This document shows, piece by piece, positions 51,015 to 63,610 of a stretch of 64,000 bases of DNA. Position 1 is the stretch's first letter. Every line of letters starts with the position of its first letter. Below the pieces are notes generated by a model. The model saw only the letters and a list, made by a program, of their open reading frames with translations. It was not told where the DNA came from and did not search any database. Source of the stretch: Octopus sinensis (Eukaryota). The stretch is from NCBI RefSeq assembly GCF_006345805.1, contig NC_043011.1, positions 43,908,464-43,972,463 of the forward strand. The letters are read 5' to 3'. A program made the translations under genes and the position numbers.

Positions 51015-51353
51015 GAAGACACACGGCTCAGTGGTTAGAGCGTTTCGGCTCACAATCATGAGGTACTGAGTTCGATTTTTCCAGGACCGGGCTGTATGTT
51101 GTATTTTTGAGCAAGACACTTTATTTCACGTTACTCTTGGTCATTCAGCTGTAGAAATGAGTTGCGATATCGCTGGTGCCAAGCTGTATCAGCCTTTGCC
51201 TTTCCTTTGGATAACATCAGGGGCGTGGAGGGAGGAGACTGGTGTGCATGGGTGACTGTTGGTCTTCTATAAACAACCTTGCCCGGACTTGTGCTTTGGA
51301 GAGGGGGACTTTCTAGGTGTAATCTCATGGTCATTCATGACTGAAGGGGGTCT

Positions 51354-51355
<2 letters not shown>
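51015..51355 (+). mobile_element. SINE family C
   Basis: A and B boxes present; body homologous to 4595-4925. Confidence 0.8.
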
Positions 51356-51401
<46 letters not shown>

Positions 51402-51593
51402 ATATTATAGAAGGAGCTTCTACAGGTCTGGTATTTATACCAGACCTTATTTTGACAGCCAGCTTCCTGAAGATTTCATTTGAATGAAACAGTTCTAGTC
51501 CTGTAGAAGCTCCTTCTATAAAATAAATTACTTTACTCTGCTATGTATTGAGTACCTTATTTACTGTGGTTAACCCCGACTCAACCCGGGACC

Positions 51594-51643
<50 letters not shown>

Positions 51644-52099
51644 TGTATGTATGTATGTATGTAGTGGTTCGAGAAAAGAGGCCGATAGAATATGAATCAC
51701 GTTTAAATGAGTACTGTGGTCTATATACATACACACACACATATATAGATAGAGAGATAGATTATATACAAATTTATTTTCTGTCTTTAGACTGCAGCCA
51801 TACAGGGGCACTGCCTTGAAGGGTTTAGACTCAGGGTTTTCAACCTTTTTTTTTTTTTACCTATTTGATCCCTATTTTGCTTGTGAGAACAGACATTCAA
51901 TGGAATACTGTGGTTATTTCTTCTTAGACGGACGGGCGTAAATCTGGTTTAAGCACCCCATATAACTTCTCATAACTTTTCTACTTTTTGGTATTTTCAT
52001 AACATTTTTGGAAATTTGTCTTCTACTCATTGGAATTCATAAGATTATGCAAATAAAAGTTTTGTATGTAATTTAAGGGCAATTTAGCTGTTATTTTTC

Positions 52100-52500
52100 T
52101 CTTCTTCTCTTTTACTTGTTTCAGTCATTTGACTGCGGCCATGCTAGAGCACCACCTTTTAATCGAGCAACTCGACCCCGGGACTTATTCTTTGTCAGCC
52201 CAGTACTTATTCTATCGGTCTCTTTTGCCGAGCCGCTAAGTTACGGGGACATAAGCACACCAGCATCGGTTGTCAAGCAATGCTAGGGGGACAAACACAA
52301 ACATACACGCACACACATATATACATATATATACATATATACGACAGGATTCTTTCAGTTTCCGTCTACCAAATCCACTCACAAGGCTTTGGTCGGCCCG
52401 AGGCTATAGCAGAAGACACTTGCCCAAGGTGCCACGCAGTGGGACTGAACCCGGAACCATGTGGTTGGTAAACAAGCTACTTACCACACAGCCACTCCTA
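52100..52500 (-). mobile_element. SINE family A with 10-bp TSD
   Basis: TGTTATTTTT flanks both sides (~52089-52098 and 52501-52510). Confidence 0.9.
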
Positions 52501-52679
52501 TGTTATTTTTAGCGCATTAACCTGATACATTTCTCGTTTCTTTGTGGCTAAGATATGTACTGATGTTTTTCAAGAGTGGTCCATTGCTGGAATTTAAGCA
52601 AAAAGTTAGGAAAACTGGTTTTTAAAACAAACAAAAAAAAGTTAGAAATTTTAGGATTTATGGGGTTTTACTCTCGTTT

Positions 52680-53094
52680 TACTCTTTACTCTTTAACTTG
52701 TTTCAGTCATGTGACTGTGGCCTTGCTGGAGCACCGCCTTTAGTCGAGCAAATCGATCCCAGGACTTATTCTCTGTAAGCCTAGTACTTATTCTATCGGT
52801 CTGTTTTGCCGAACCGCTAAGTTACGGGGACGTAAACACACCAGCATCGGTTGTCAAGCGATGTTGGGAGGAACAAACACAGACACACAAACACACATAC
52901 ACACACACACACACACACGTATATATACAGATATACGACGGGCTTCTATTCAGTTTCCGTCTACCAAATCCACTCACAAGGTCGACCCGAGTCTATAGTA
53001 GAAGATACTTGCCCAAGGTCCCACGCAGTGGGACTGAACCCGGAACCATGTGGTTCGTAAGCAAGCGACTTACCACAAAGCCACTCCTACGCCT
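52680..53094 (-). mobile_element. SINE family A
   Basis: Full length, with diagnostic variants shared with 50575-50810. Confidence 0.9.
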
Positions 53095-53409
53095 ATGTTG
53101 AACACAAATTTGCAAAAAATTTTCTGAAAATTCCAAAATATAAAAACCACGACCACCTGCTACCTTCATTTCCACTCATTTTAAAATTTCTTCTTTAAAA
53201 CCGGAGTGTAAAATATAGACAGTTCGAATTTTGGCTTAAATCCCACCCTTGGGTGCATCATCATTCCATAAAATGTGTTTATGGGGACAAAAATATTGGA
53301 AAACATCGATACATGTCAGTGAGAAAGAAACGAGTAATGTATCAGGTGGTCATAAGATGTGCTAAAAACACCTAAATCGCCTTTAAATCACACGCATATA
53401 TATATATGT

Positions 53410-53657
53410 ATCACTTTGATCACTTTGACCGACCAGTCCGTCAGGCGTCCATTTGACACCGCTGGTCACAGCACGCTGTCCACTCTTCTCTGGATCGCGC
53501 CTTTCTCATCCACGTGATCCCAATCGTCCTCCTGAAATCGTCACTCCACCGTCGTGGAGGTCTTCCGATTGGTCTTTTCCGCTCACGTGGGTACCACTCG
53601 ACGACTGCGTGCGTCCACCGATTATCGGTGAGCCGGGCGACGTGTCCAGCCCATCTA
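53410..53657 (-). mobile_element. RTE-clade LINE 3' end
   Basis: Translates RWAGHVARLTDNRWTHAVVEWYPRERKRPIGRPPRRWSDD, a classic RTE C-terminus, followed by a short tandem tail. A related tail lies at ~15350-15440. Confidence 0.85.
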
Positions 53658-53714
53658 TACTTGCTGCGTGTATATATATATATATAATCTATACTTGCTG
53701 CGTGTATATACTCT

Positions 53715-54126
53715 TTACTCTTTTACTCTTTTACTTTGTTTCAGTCATTTGACTGCGGCCATGCTGGAGCACCGCCTTTAGTCGAGCAAATCAACCCCGG
53801 GACTTATTCTTTGTAAGCCCAGTACTTATTCTATCGGTCTCTTTTGCCGAACCGCTAAGTAACGGGGACGTAAACACACCAGCATCGGTTGTCAAGCAAT
53901 GCTAGGGGGACAAACACAGACACACAGACACACACACATACATATATATATATACATAAATACGACAGGCTTCTTTCAGTTTCCGTCTACCAAATCCACT
54001 CACAAGGCATTGGTCGGCCCGGGGCTATAGCAGAAGACACTTGCCCAAGATGCCACGCAGTGGGACTGAACCCGGAACCATGTGGTTGGTTAGCAAGCTA
54101 CTTACCACACAGCCACTCCTGCGCCT
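53715..54126 (-). mobile_element. SINE family A, full length, young
   Basis: Nearly identical to 56470-56917 and 20675-21077. Confidence 0.9.
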
Positions 54127-54489
54127 ATATATATATAATCATATGAATTCTCCATGTAGAAGACAAATTCGCAAAAAGTTTCTGAAAATTCCAAACAATA
54201 AAGTTATATGGAGTTATATGGGGTATTTAAACCAGAATTTCGCAAACCGATTAAAGTGACGATAAATAACACTAATATTATATTTATCGGTAATGGATTA
54301 AAATAATTGTAAATTTCTTTTCTTAAAACATATGTCAAAATGCCAGTTATTGAATATATGAAAAATTCCTTACCTTTACCTTAAAAACTGAGATCAGTCT
54401 TGCGAAAATAATATGTCGAAGTCAGCTTCTTCCTAAGAACAGAATGATTTCTATGTGAAAACCCTCCCCCTCTCTCCCTCTCTCTTTCC

Positions 54490-54524
<35 letters not shown>

Positions 54525-55160
54525 TATATATGCACATATGTATGTATACGTATATACATACATAAAACCACCCATACATACTTATACATGTATGCATAGA
54601 TAGACAGATAAATGTATACATATGTACATATATATATATGTATACAACACACACACACACACACACAACTCGCTTGCTTTCGTATTTCATGTTTACAGTT
54701 GGTGACGTCCTGTACCCATATCTATCTATCTATCTATCAATCCATCTATCTATCTATCTATAAACACACGTACATATACACACACACCTGTATATATAAG
54801 CTTGTTTATTGTACTATGGTCTTCAATAAATATTCTCAGGGGAGCTCAGTTTTTTTTATACCAACGCCAATTATGTGTGTGTGTGTGTACGAGAGTATGT
54901 GTACAATTAAGCCCTTGGTTGACTGCTGCCGCCAATTAAGGGCCGGTTTCCCGGTTTCAGTGGCGTAGAAATTCCCCGCCTGGACGGGACGCCTGTCCGT
55001 CGCAGGGTTACTCATTTTTGCCAGCTGAGTGGACTGGAGCAACGCGAAATGAAGTGTTTTGCTCAAGAACACAACGTATCGCCCGGTCCAGGAATCGAAA
55101 CCATAATCTTACGATCATGAGTTCAACACCCTAAGCACTAAGCCACGCGCCTACACATAT

Positions 55161-55386
55161 GGGGGTTCAGGAGAGTTTAAAGTTACAAGGTAAAAATTGT
55201 ACAAACATGTTTAAGCCATCAAATGTCTAAATCTTGACGAAAATGTGAATGAGATTCACAGGGATAGATACTAATATCAGTGTAAAAGTTCAGTGGAGAC
55301 CGTAACAAATGTATATCCGAACATTTGATGGTTTAAACATGTTTGTCCAATTTTTACCTAGAAAATCTAAACTTCTCCTAAACCCC
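55161..55386. mobile_element. MITE with ~65-bp TIRs and GGGG termini
   Basis: GGGGTTCAGGAGA..AGGTAAAAATTG.ACAAACATGTTTAA.CCATCAAATGT is mirrored at the right end. Confidence 0.7.
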
Positions 55387-55686
55387 TTTCGTTATACGTA
55401 TACACCATTGACAAGCAAAAAAAAAAAAATGTTGAAACTAGTTTGGCATATGAATAAATATATTTAAAAACCACTTTTTTCGATTAAGATGCATTTTCAA
55501 GCCTTAAAACAAATTCTCATACATATATATATATATATCAATCAGCCGAAATTGCGAGGATGATCCGGTTCTTGACTGAGGATAGAAAGCTTCTTGTTCT
55601 TTTGTATCATCTATCTGGATGGTTTTTTGTCCCTTTTTGTATCACCTAGTTGTCCGGATGTTTTGCGTTCTTGTCCCATTTTGTAT

Positions 55687-55737
<51 letters not shown>

Positions 55738-56096
55738 TATATATATTTATATAATCTGTTTCACTCATTTGACTACGGCCATGTTGGAGCACCACCTTTC
55801 GTTGAACAAATCGCCTCAAGGACTTATTCTTTGTAAGCCTAGTACTTATACTGTCGGTCTCTTTTTGCCGAACCGCTAATTTACGAGGACGTAAACACAC
55901 CAACATCGGTTGTCAAGCGATGCTGGGGAGACACACACACACACACACATACGACGGTCTTCTTTCAGCTTCCGTCTACCAAATCCACTCACAAGGCTTT
56001 TAGTGGAAGACACCCAAGGTGCCACGCAGTGGGACTGTACCCGGAATCATGTGGTTGGAAAGCAAGCTTCTTACCACGCCTGCGCCTATATATATA

Positions 56097-56139
<43 letters not shown>

Positions 56140-56469
56140 ACGGTTCGGCAGAAGGAACCGATAGAATGTATCACATTTAGATAAGTACTTGGGTTGATTC
56201 GTTCGACTCAATAAGATTTCAGGGGTTCCACAAATGCAATGCAATAAATTGAAGGTCCACGGTAATTTTTCACGGATCATGAAAAAATTGTGTTTTAGGC
56301 CAGTAGTCTCCTATGTGGAACCCTGCACAACGGTACACTCAGGGCTAAGAAACTTGTTTAAAGAACGCCCTGAAAAATGTTGCTAGAAATCCTGTTTTCA
56401 CTAATATATCTACCCCTTAACTTTTCCAAGCAGGCATAAAGAAAAAATAATGTAAAAGTAACCCCTTTC

Positions 56470-56699
56470 TTTCTTTTACTTTCTTTTACTTGTTTCAGTC
56501 ATTTGACTGCGGCCATGCTGGAGCACCGCCTTTAGTCGAGGAGCAAATCGACCCCGGGACTTATTCTTTGTAAGGCCAGTACTTATTCTATCGGTCTCTT
56601 TTGCCGAACCGCTAAGTGACGGGGACGTAAACACACCAGCATCGGTTGTCAAGCAATGCTAGGGGGACAAACACAGACACACAAACATATACACACACA

Positions 56700-56754
<55 letters not shown>

Positions 56755-56917
56755 GACAGGCTTCTTTCAGTTTCCGTCTACCAAATCCACTCACAAGGCA
56801 TTGGTCGGCCCGGGGCTATAGCAGAAGACACTTGCCCAAGATGCCACGCAGTGGGACTGAACCCGGAACCATGTGGTTGGTTAGCAAGCTACTTACCACA
56901 CAGCCACTCCTGCGCCT
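56470..56917 (-). mobile_element. SINE family A, full length, young
   Basis: Complete head, body, (TA)n and tail. Confidence 0.9.
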
Positions 56918-57526
56918 AAAACATTTATCTATGAAGCTGGGTATAAAATTCCCTAGGGGAGGCCCTAGAAAGATGAAAGAAATGGTACTGAGAAAAAACG
57001 TCAGCAACGCCGAGACATTTTATCTCCCGTTGCCACTTAGTTGGCGAAAAGGCTGACTCCTTGTAATTGAAAGGGGTCAGCCTTGTCACATTCTATGTCA
57101 AGCTGAATCTCCCTGAGAAATATGTGAAGGAGTACGCGTGTCTATGGCGTGTTAAGCCACCTGTACGTTAATTTCACGAGCAGGCTATTTCGTTGATCGG
57201 ATCAACTGGAACCCCCTTCGTCGTAACCGACGGAGTACCGTTGCTGGTAACCTCAAGGTGGGCATCTTCAAAATGGTGAAGAGCATAAATTCCAAGAAAC
57301 AAAATGGACAGCAGAAATTAGCATGTACAGGCGTGTGGTTAACACGCTCGCTTTGTGGCCAAGTCTCTTCTACTATAGCTCCAGGCCGACAAATGCCTTG
57401 TGAGTGGATTTGGTGGATGGAAACTGTACAGAAGCCCGTATGTGTGTGTGTGTGTGTGTGTGTCTGTGTGTGTCTTCTCACTGCTCGACTAGCGGTACTG
57501 GTTCGTACCAAACTTTAATAAGTACC

Positions 57527-57757
57527 TATTTCTTTATTGCCCACAAGGGGCTAAACATAGAGGGGACAAACATGGACAGACATAGGTATTAAGTCGATTA
57601 TATCGACCCCAGTGCTTAACTGGTACTTAATTTATCGACCCCGAAAGGATGAAAGGCAAAGTCGACCTCGGCGGAATTTGAACTCACAACGTAACGGCAG
57701 CCGAAATACCGCTAAGCATTTCGCCCGACGTGCTAACGATTCTGCTAGCTCGCCGCC
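57527..57757 (-). mobile_element. SINE family B inserted in a family A SINE
   Basis: TSD TTTAATAAGTACC on both sides. Confidence 0.85.
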
Positions 57758-57944
57758 TTTTAATAAGTACCGAAGTAGATTTCTACAAACTGAAACCTAC
57801 GAGGTGATAGCCCCAGCATGACCGCTGTCCAATAGTTGAAACAATATTGATGACCCCAGAAATCAAAGGAAATATACACCCAAGGAAATGTATGAAATGA
57901 ACTGCAGCGGTCTACGAAGAAAGACAGCGATAAAACTCCCGCGC

Positions 57945-57987
<43 letters not shown>

Positions 57988-58576
57988 CACACACACATAC
58001 GCATACACACGCATATGCACACACTACACCGCACGTTAAATTCTTTTGGGTTGTCAGATAAATTCGATCGGTTTTTTTTTGTCTTTTTTTTTATGACTTC
58101 GTACTTTATCGCCATTAAGAGGTGAAACTTATTCGAATTTCAGAAGCGATAAACAAAAGTCGTAAAGGGAGAATAAAGCTACAGAAAAAAAACAAAAGCA
58201 AGAAACACAACGATAAATAATTAATAACGACAGAAGCAGCATTTCCTTTCTAAGTTGTCTCTACAGATTTTAAATAGAAATTAGAGCCAGCACCGAAAGT
58301 CACGGCGTTATGTAAACGAACACGTCTACGTAAACAATGCGATCGGAGATAGAAAACTAAGTAATGGGTATATGTACATATTTCAGGACTCTTTACTCCT
58401 TCATCAGGCGCATCACTTAGTGGTTAGGGTGTTGGGCTTATGGTCGTAAGATTGTGGTTTCGATTCCTGGACTGAGCGACGCGTTGTATTCTTGAGCAAA
58501 ACACTTCATTTCACGTCGCCCCAGTCCACTCAGCTGGCAAAATTGAGTAATCCTGTGACGGACCGGTGTCCTGTCC

Positions 58577-59267
58577 GCGAATTTTTTTTTCCACGAGAGT
58601 TCCGGATCCCGGCAATGAACTCATTTGCATACAGTCAATCAGAGCTCACCTTGAAAATCCACATACTGTGTTCTACAAGAGTACAGCCAGTCAGGCATAG
58701 AATGGTGTATGCCACTCTGTGAGTACAGCATAGTAGGTTTCACATACGCACCACATTCCCCATCCCATCCTCATAGATCAATTGAGCACCATCTCTATGT
58801 GGAGCTGACCATAGGTCCCTATGCTCAGGCTGAGATTAGTGATATTGCATGTACCCATTGAGATATGCAAAGAGAGCGCAATACGACACAACGTCATATT
58901 GATTACGATGTTTCCAGATCAACACCAACATTTTAAATCAGGGATGTACAAAATCAGTCGAAAAATTAGGAAACTACACTCATTTACATTTTCTAGTAAA
59001 TTACACAAATTGGCCACACTTATGGCGTCATCGGTGCGCAGCTCTCCATTCAACTTTATACACTAAATTTCACATTTGTCTCCCCTATTAACCCGTTTAG
59101 AACGGCTGGATTTTGCTATAACGCATATTTACCACTGAACTCAACCAGAGTATTTTCGTGACTAGGTGGACACTAGTTTGATAGTTGAACTCTGATTGGC
59201 TGTATGCAAATGAGTTCATAACTGGGGTTCGGAACACTCGTGGGGAAAAAAAAAAAAAACATTTCGC
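58577..59267. mobile_element. Mutator (MULE)-like non-autonomous element with 9-bp TSD, inserted in a family C SINE
   Basis: GCGAA...TTCGC termini and ~70-80-bp TIRs. TSD GTCC(T/C)GTCC at 58568-58576 and 59268-59276. SINE halves lie on either side. Confidence 0.75.
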
Positions 59268-60599
59268 GTCCCGTCCATGTAGGGAATACATACACTATGG
59301 AAACAGGGAAACCGGTCGTTATGAATCGGTATGACTCGGGAATGAACTTTACAACTACTACCACAACTACACAACCTCTTCACATAGATGTGGTGCTTAA
59401 TAATCCACGAATTCATTGCTTAAATGGTCACTAAATTAGGCATTGCTTTAGAAAGTGTTAACACAATTGGATATACCAATTTTACATAGCAAAGATATTC
59501 CTGACCACTGATACGTACATATTAATTACTGAATGGCGCCCCAACCAGTAATTAATTAATAAGAAGCATTATTAACATCAAAAGGTAACATATATTTCCA
59601 CTTAAAAGTAGATGTAGTAGAACACAAAATATTGCTTATTTAGCAAGAGAGAACCTATCATATGGACTTGTGCAGGAGTGGCTGTGTGGTAAGAACCTTG
59701 TTTCCCAATCTCATGGTTCCAGGTTCAGTCCAACTGCGTGGCACCTCGGGCAAGTGTCTGATACTATAGCCTCGGGCCGACCAAAGACTTGTGAGTGGAT
59801 TTGGTAGACGGAAACTGAAAGAAGATCGTTGTGTATAAATACATGTGTGTGTGAGTGTGTGTGTTTGTGTGTGTGTGTGTGAGTATCTGTGTTTGTGTTC
59901 TCCCATCACCACATATGTCCACGGGCATATGGTGTAGTGGTTAAGATTCCGAGTTCGATTCCAGGCAGTGACCTGAATAATAATAATAATAATGATAATA
60001 ATAATAATAATAGTAATACACACACAGACGCATACATACTCATACACACACAGACGCATACATACTCATACACACACACACACATACTCAGATACACAAA
60101 CATCAACATACACATTGGCAGACTCATTCAGACGTGCACGCGTGCGCATGACCGTACTTCATACACACACACATACACACATGCACAGACATACACGCGC
60201 ATAAACGTACATACACATAGAAACACACATACCAAAAACATGCATACACATACGCACACCTACACACGCACGCGCACACATGCATTCATGCAGACACATA
60301 CATGTACATAAACTTACATACATACCAATTCTGTGTGTGTGTGTATGTGTGAGCGTGTGTGTGTGCGTGTGTGTGTGTGTGTGTCTGTGTGTATTTGCCC
60401 ACCATCACTACTTGATAACCGGTTTTGGTTTGTTAATGTACCCATAACGCAGCAGTTCGACAAAAGAAACTGATAGAATAAGTTACATACTTTAAATCGA
60501 AAAAACAATATGAACTGGTGTCGATTCGTTCAACCGAAACCCTTTAAGACCATCCCCCAACATGTCTGCCGTCCAAAACAATAATAAAAACACTGGATA

Positions 60600-61787
60600 T
60601 TATACTTCAAGCTTATATTTCTTAACATACTCAGAAATGTCCTTCCATTTTCTCACGTTCCCTTTGTACACCATTTCCGCCACTTCTACCTTCTTCCTCC
60701 ATTTTTCAATGATTTCTCTGCTTTCTTTATTGTCTTTAACTAAAGTAACGTACTCCAAGACGGACGGTACCCTATAAGTTTCCGAAAGCGTATTTAACTG
60801 TTTGTTTAATGCCTCTTCCTCTTGTCTCGCTTCTTCCTGATCACGATGTTTGTTTAGCAAGTAAGATAAACTGTGCTTCTCTCGCAGAATTCTCTTGCGA
60901 AAATCTTCTCCTTGATTCACGTTCTTCTCGAGTTCTTGTTTTTTTTCGTATGTGTATCTCTCGATCGGTACCAATGCTTTCCTCAACCGAGATTTTTGTT
61001 TTATAATATTTTGAGTTTCTTCTTTAAGTGTATTTTTTTCAAGCCATTTGCTATAGAATTCAACGGGATCCACTTCATTTCGATATTTCTTAATCATTAT
61101 TTGTTTTTTAATATTAAGATTCAGGCCTGCATTACGTAGCTTTGTCGTACTGTAAAAACTTTCATATTTTATATTCTTTGCGGTAACATATTTTTGCCAT
61201 TTATGCAGAAAAGGAATTTTGCCACCCGCTTTAACCAAATCGCCGAATTCCACTTCCATTTCTCGTCTTTCTGATTCAATGTCGGCCAAAGTTCTCTGGT
61301 AGTTTTCAATTAAAGCCAGGCTCGATTCGATAAATTCGCGTGTTATGTCTTTCGTTGTTTTCAATTCATCCTTATAAATCTTTTGACAGTATTTAGCGAT
61401 TATAAGTTTCTGTTTAACCGTCAAACTACATGGTTTAGTGCGAACAAGAGCGCGAGCAGCAATCGCAAGAGGTGACATTGGTTGAGATCTTATCTGTGAG
61501 CCGATCCCGGAGCTTGATTCTTCACCACTCCCACTAGCACTTGAAACAATCTTGTCTCCTAGATATTTCTCTAAGATGGTCGTTTCTTTGGACAGAAATT
61601 GGATCTCCTTTTCTGTTTTCTCTAGTTTTTCAGTTATTTCTTCCGCTGTGAGGGTACTGACAGTACCCATTTGCCACATTCGTTTCCATTTCGGTTTTAC
61701 AGGAAACATTACGTCAAGGCTACATTGTAACTCTTCCATATTTCTAGAGTTATCTTCGTGTGACGTCACTGATTGTAAACCCGGCAT
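60600..61787 (-). CDS. CCDC113: Coiled-coil domain-containing protein 113 (CFAP263)-like, intronless, 395 aa
   Basis: Long helical ORF. C-terminal YRVPSVLEYV...IEKWRKKVEVAEM...RKW and central LTVKQKL resemble the CCDC113/DUF4201 family as I recall it. Length is consistent; start context AAAATGC. Confidence 0.78.
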   Translation of the reverse strand: MPGLQSVTSHEDNSRNMEELQCSLDVMFPVKPKWKRMWQMGTVSTLTAEEITEKLEKTEKEIQFLSKETTILEKYLGDKIVSSASGSGEESSSGIGSQIRSQPMSPLAIAARALVRTKPCSLTVKQKLIIAKYCQKIYKDELKTTKDITREFIESSLALIENYQRTLADIESERREMEVEFGDLVKAGGKIPFLHKWQKYVTAKNIKYESFYSTTKLRNAGLNLNIKKQIMIKKYRNEVDPVEFYSKWLEKNTLKEETQNIIKQKSRLRKALVPIERYTYEKKQELEKNVNQGEDFRKRILREKHSLSYLLNKHRDQEEARQEEEALNKQLNTLSETYRVPSVLEYVTLVKDNKESREIIEKWRKKVEVAEMVYKGNVRKWKDISEYVKKYKLEV

Positions 61788-61980
61788 TTTTCTTTACGCT
61801 TAGGATTTTCGATCCTACTCACTTTTCTGTTGATGTTTTGTGATGATCGCTTCTTACGACGTTTTCAAAATACTTAACGCTTTCGCAAAGCAACGCCGTA
61901 TTTTACATTCTCACTCTGTTTCTCTCTCTCATAAGCGTATATACTTATCCACTCACTCTCTTTCCCTCTCTCTCACTCTT

Positions 61981-62011
<31 letters not shown>

Positions 62012-62118
62012 ATATATATATATATATATATTATTTGTTATTTATGTATTGGTTTATGTCTATCACTGTTTGAGTTGCATAATAATGGTTTTAACTCTTT
62101 ATATTATATTATATTATA

Positions 62119-62610
62119 TCTATATATATAAAACTCTAGTTGTGTGAGTGTCTGTCCCCTTCGATTTAGATTCCTAACTCCTCCCACATTTTGCGGTGCA
62201 GTTTAACCAAGTCGTGATTCATATCGAGCCCATCTGGCTATTAGCGCGCGTCTACGATGAGTCTACGATTTTAAAAATAATTTAACATCATTTTTTATTC
62301 CATTTTAATGCATAATCTTTCGTGTGTCGATGGCGGCGGAGTTGGCGTCCACGCTCACAGCTGCACCTGTTTGCTTCTCCCCCTTCCCTCCCTCGTGAAG
62401 CTGTGGGGAAGGGAGTGTAAAGAAATCAACGTCGTAATGCGTTGTCAAGGAGACCAGCGTTCTTTTAGAACAACGACTTCATGGCTTGAAGACACCAAAA
62501 CAGATGGCTAAGAAAGCCCGAATTGGCATCTATAAGGGAAGTAACTCTCTAAAAATGCTTATATAGTTATTTCCCTTACAAACCCGAGCAACGCCGGGCG
62601 ATACTGCTAG
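62119..62610 (+). mobile_element. Non-autonomous Helitron
   Basis: A|TCTATATATATAAA ... CCCGAGCAACGCCGGG-CGATACTGCTAG|T. Inserted between A and T with no TSD. Confidence 0.88.
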
Positions 62611-62671
62611 TTATATATATTATATTATATTATATTATATTATATTATATTATATTATATTATATTATATA

Positions 62672-63610
62672 CTAGCAGAATTGCCCGGCGTTGCTCGGAG
62701 CTGAATTGCTTGAAAGTACTGTTAATGATTGCACTGAATTATGATGATTATTCAGGCAAATATTGATATAAGTTTACGGTGGGAGATAAGGACTTAACGA
62801 TCAAACGTGTGCCATTGCATTGTTTTGGGGGAAACCAAATTTCTGATGAGCATTATAGGGGCACCAACTTTAAGTTTGAGAATGTGTGGTGGTAGTCCGG
62901 GGTGCTCAAAGGAATTGAGTACTTCTATTGGATAGTTGATGACGTCCTCTGGGTCAGGAGTTGTATCGATAGACTGATATATATAGACGTCCCCAGGAAT
63001 GAGTTTTAGCATTTCATCATTAATATGGTGAACAGTTTTATTCCTCGGGGCCAGAATAGCCTTTTGGCCAATCCAATCCATATTCTGATAATTAGCTTGT
63101 AGATCTGGGAACACTGCATCTCTGAGATCAGAAGACGTCTTAACAATGGTACAAATGGAATCGATGGCAATATTACCATTTTCATCCCCTGGTATTTTGC
63201 CTTCGCCAAGTGCAAGGAGGGTGTGAGGAAATGCTGCTGATGTGATATTACGTCGCATATGAGCACGCATATTGGTGTGAAGTTTGAGAGTCTTCACCAG
63301 TGGCCACAATGTGGATGACTTAAGACACGCACTTACTGCATCAGCTGTAGTCCCTTTGGGAATAACGGGAAGTGTTTGTCGGAAGTCCCCTGAAAGAAGA
63401 AGTGTTATGCCTCCCATGGGAGCTGAAGAGTGTTTGATGTCTCTGAGAGATCTATCTAGTGCCTCAAGAACACTTCTGTGGGCCATCGTGCATTCATCCC
63501 AAACGATAAGCTTACATCGTCTGAAGACTTCTGCCTGATCGGAGCTGTTACTGATGTTGCAAGTTGGTGTCTCAGTCTTCGCTAAGTCAAGCGGAAGCTT
63601 GAAAGTGGAA
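62672..63610 (-). mobile_element. 5'-truncated Helitron with PIF1-family helicase fragment
   Basis: Translation STFKLP...LIVWDECTMAH...LLSGDFRQTLPV...NMR...AILAPRN...GLPPHILKLKVGAPIMLIRNL, with a frameshift before CNGTRL. 3' end CCGAGCAACGCCGG..CTGCTAG. Confidence 0.93.

Larger units (their letters stand above)
51943..54237. mobile_element. Old long-TIR element fragmented by four retro-insertions
   Basis: Left TCTGGTTTAAGCACCCCATATAAC...TTTGTCTTCTAC...GAATTCATA mirrors right TATGAATTC...GTAGAAGACAAA...GTTATATGGGGTATTTAAACCAGA. Inner arm CCTGATACATT.CTCGTTTCTTT (~52521) mirrors ~53325-53346. Confidence 0.65.
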
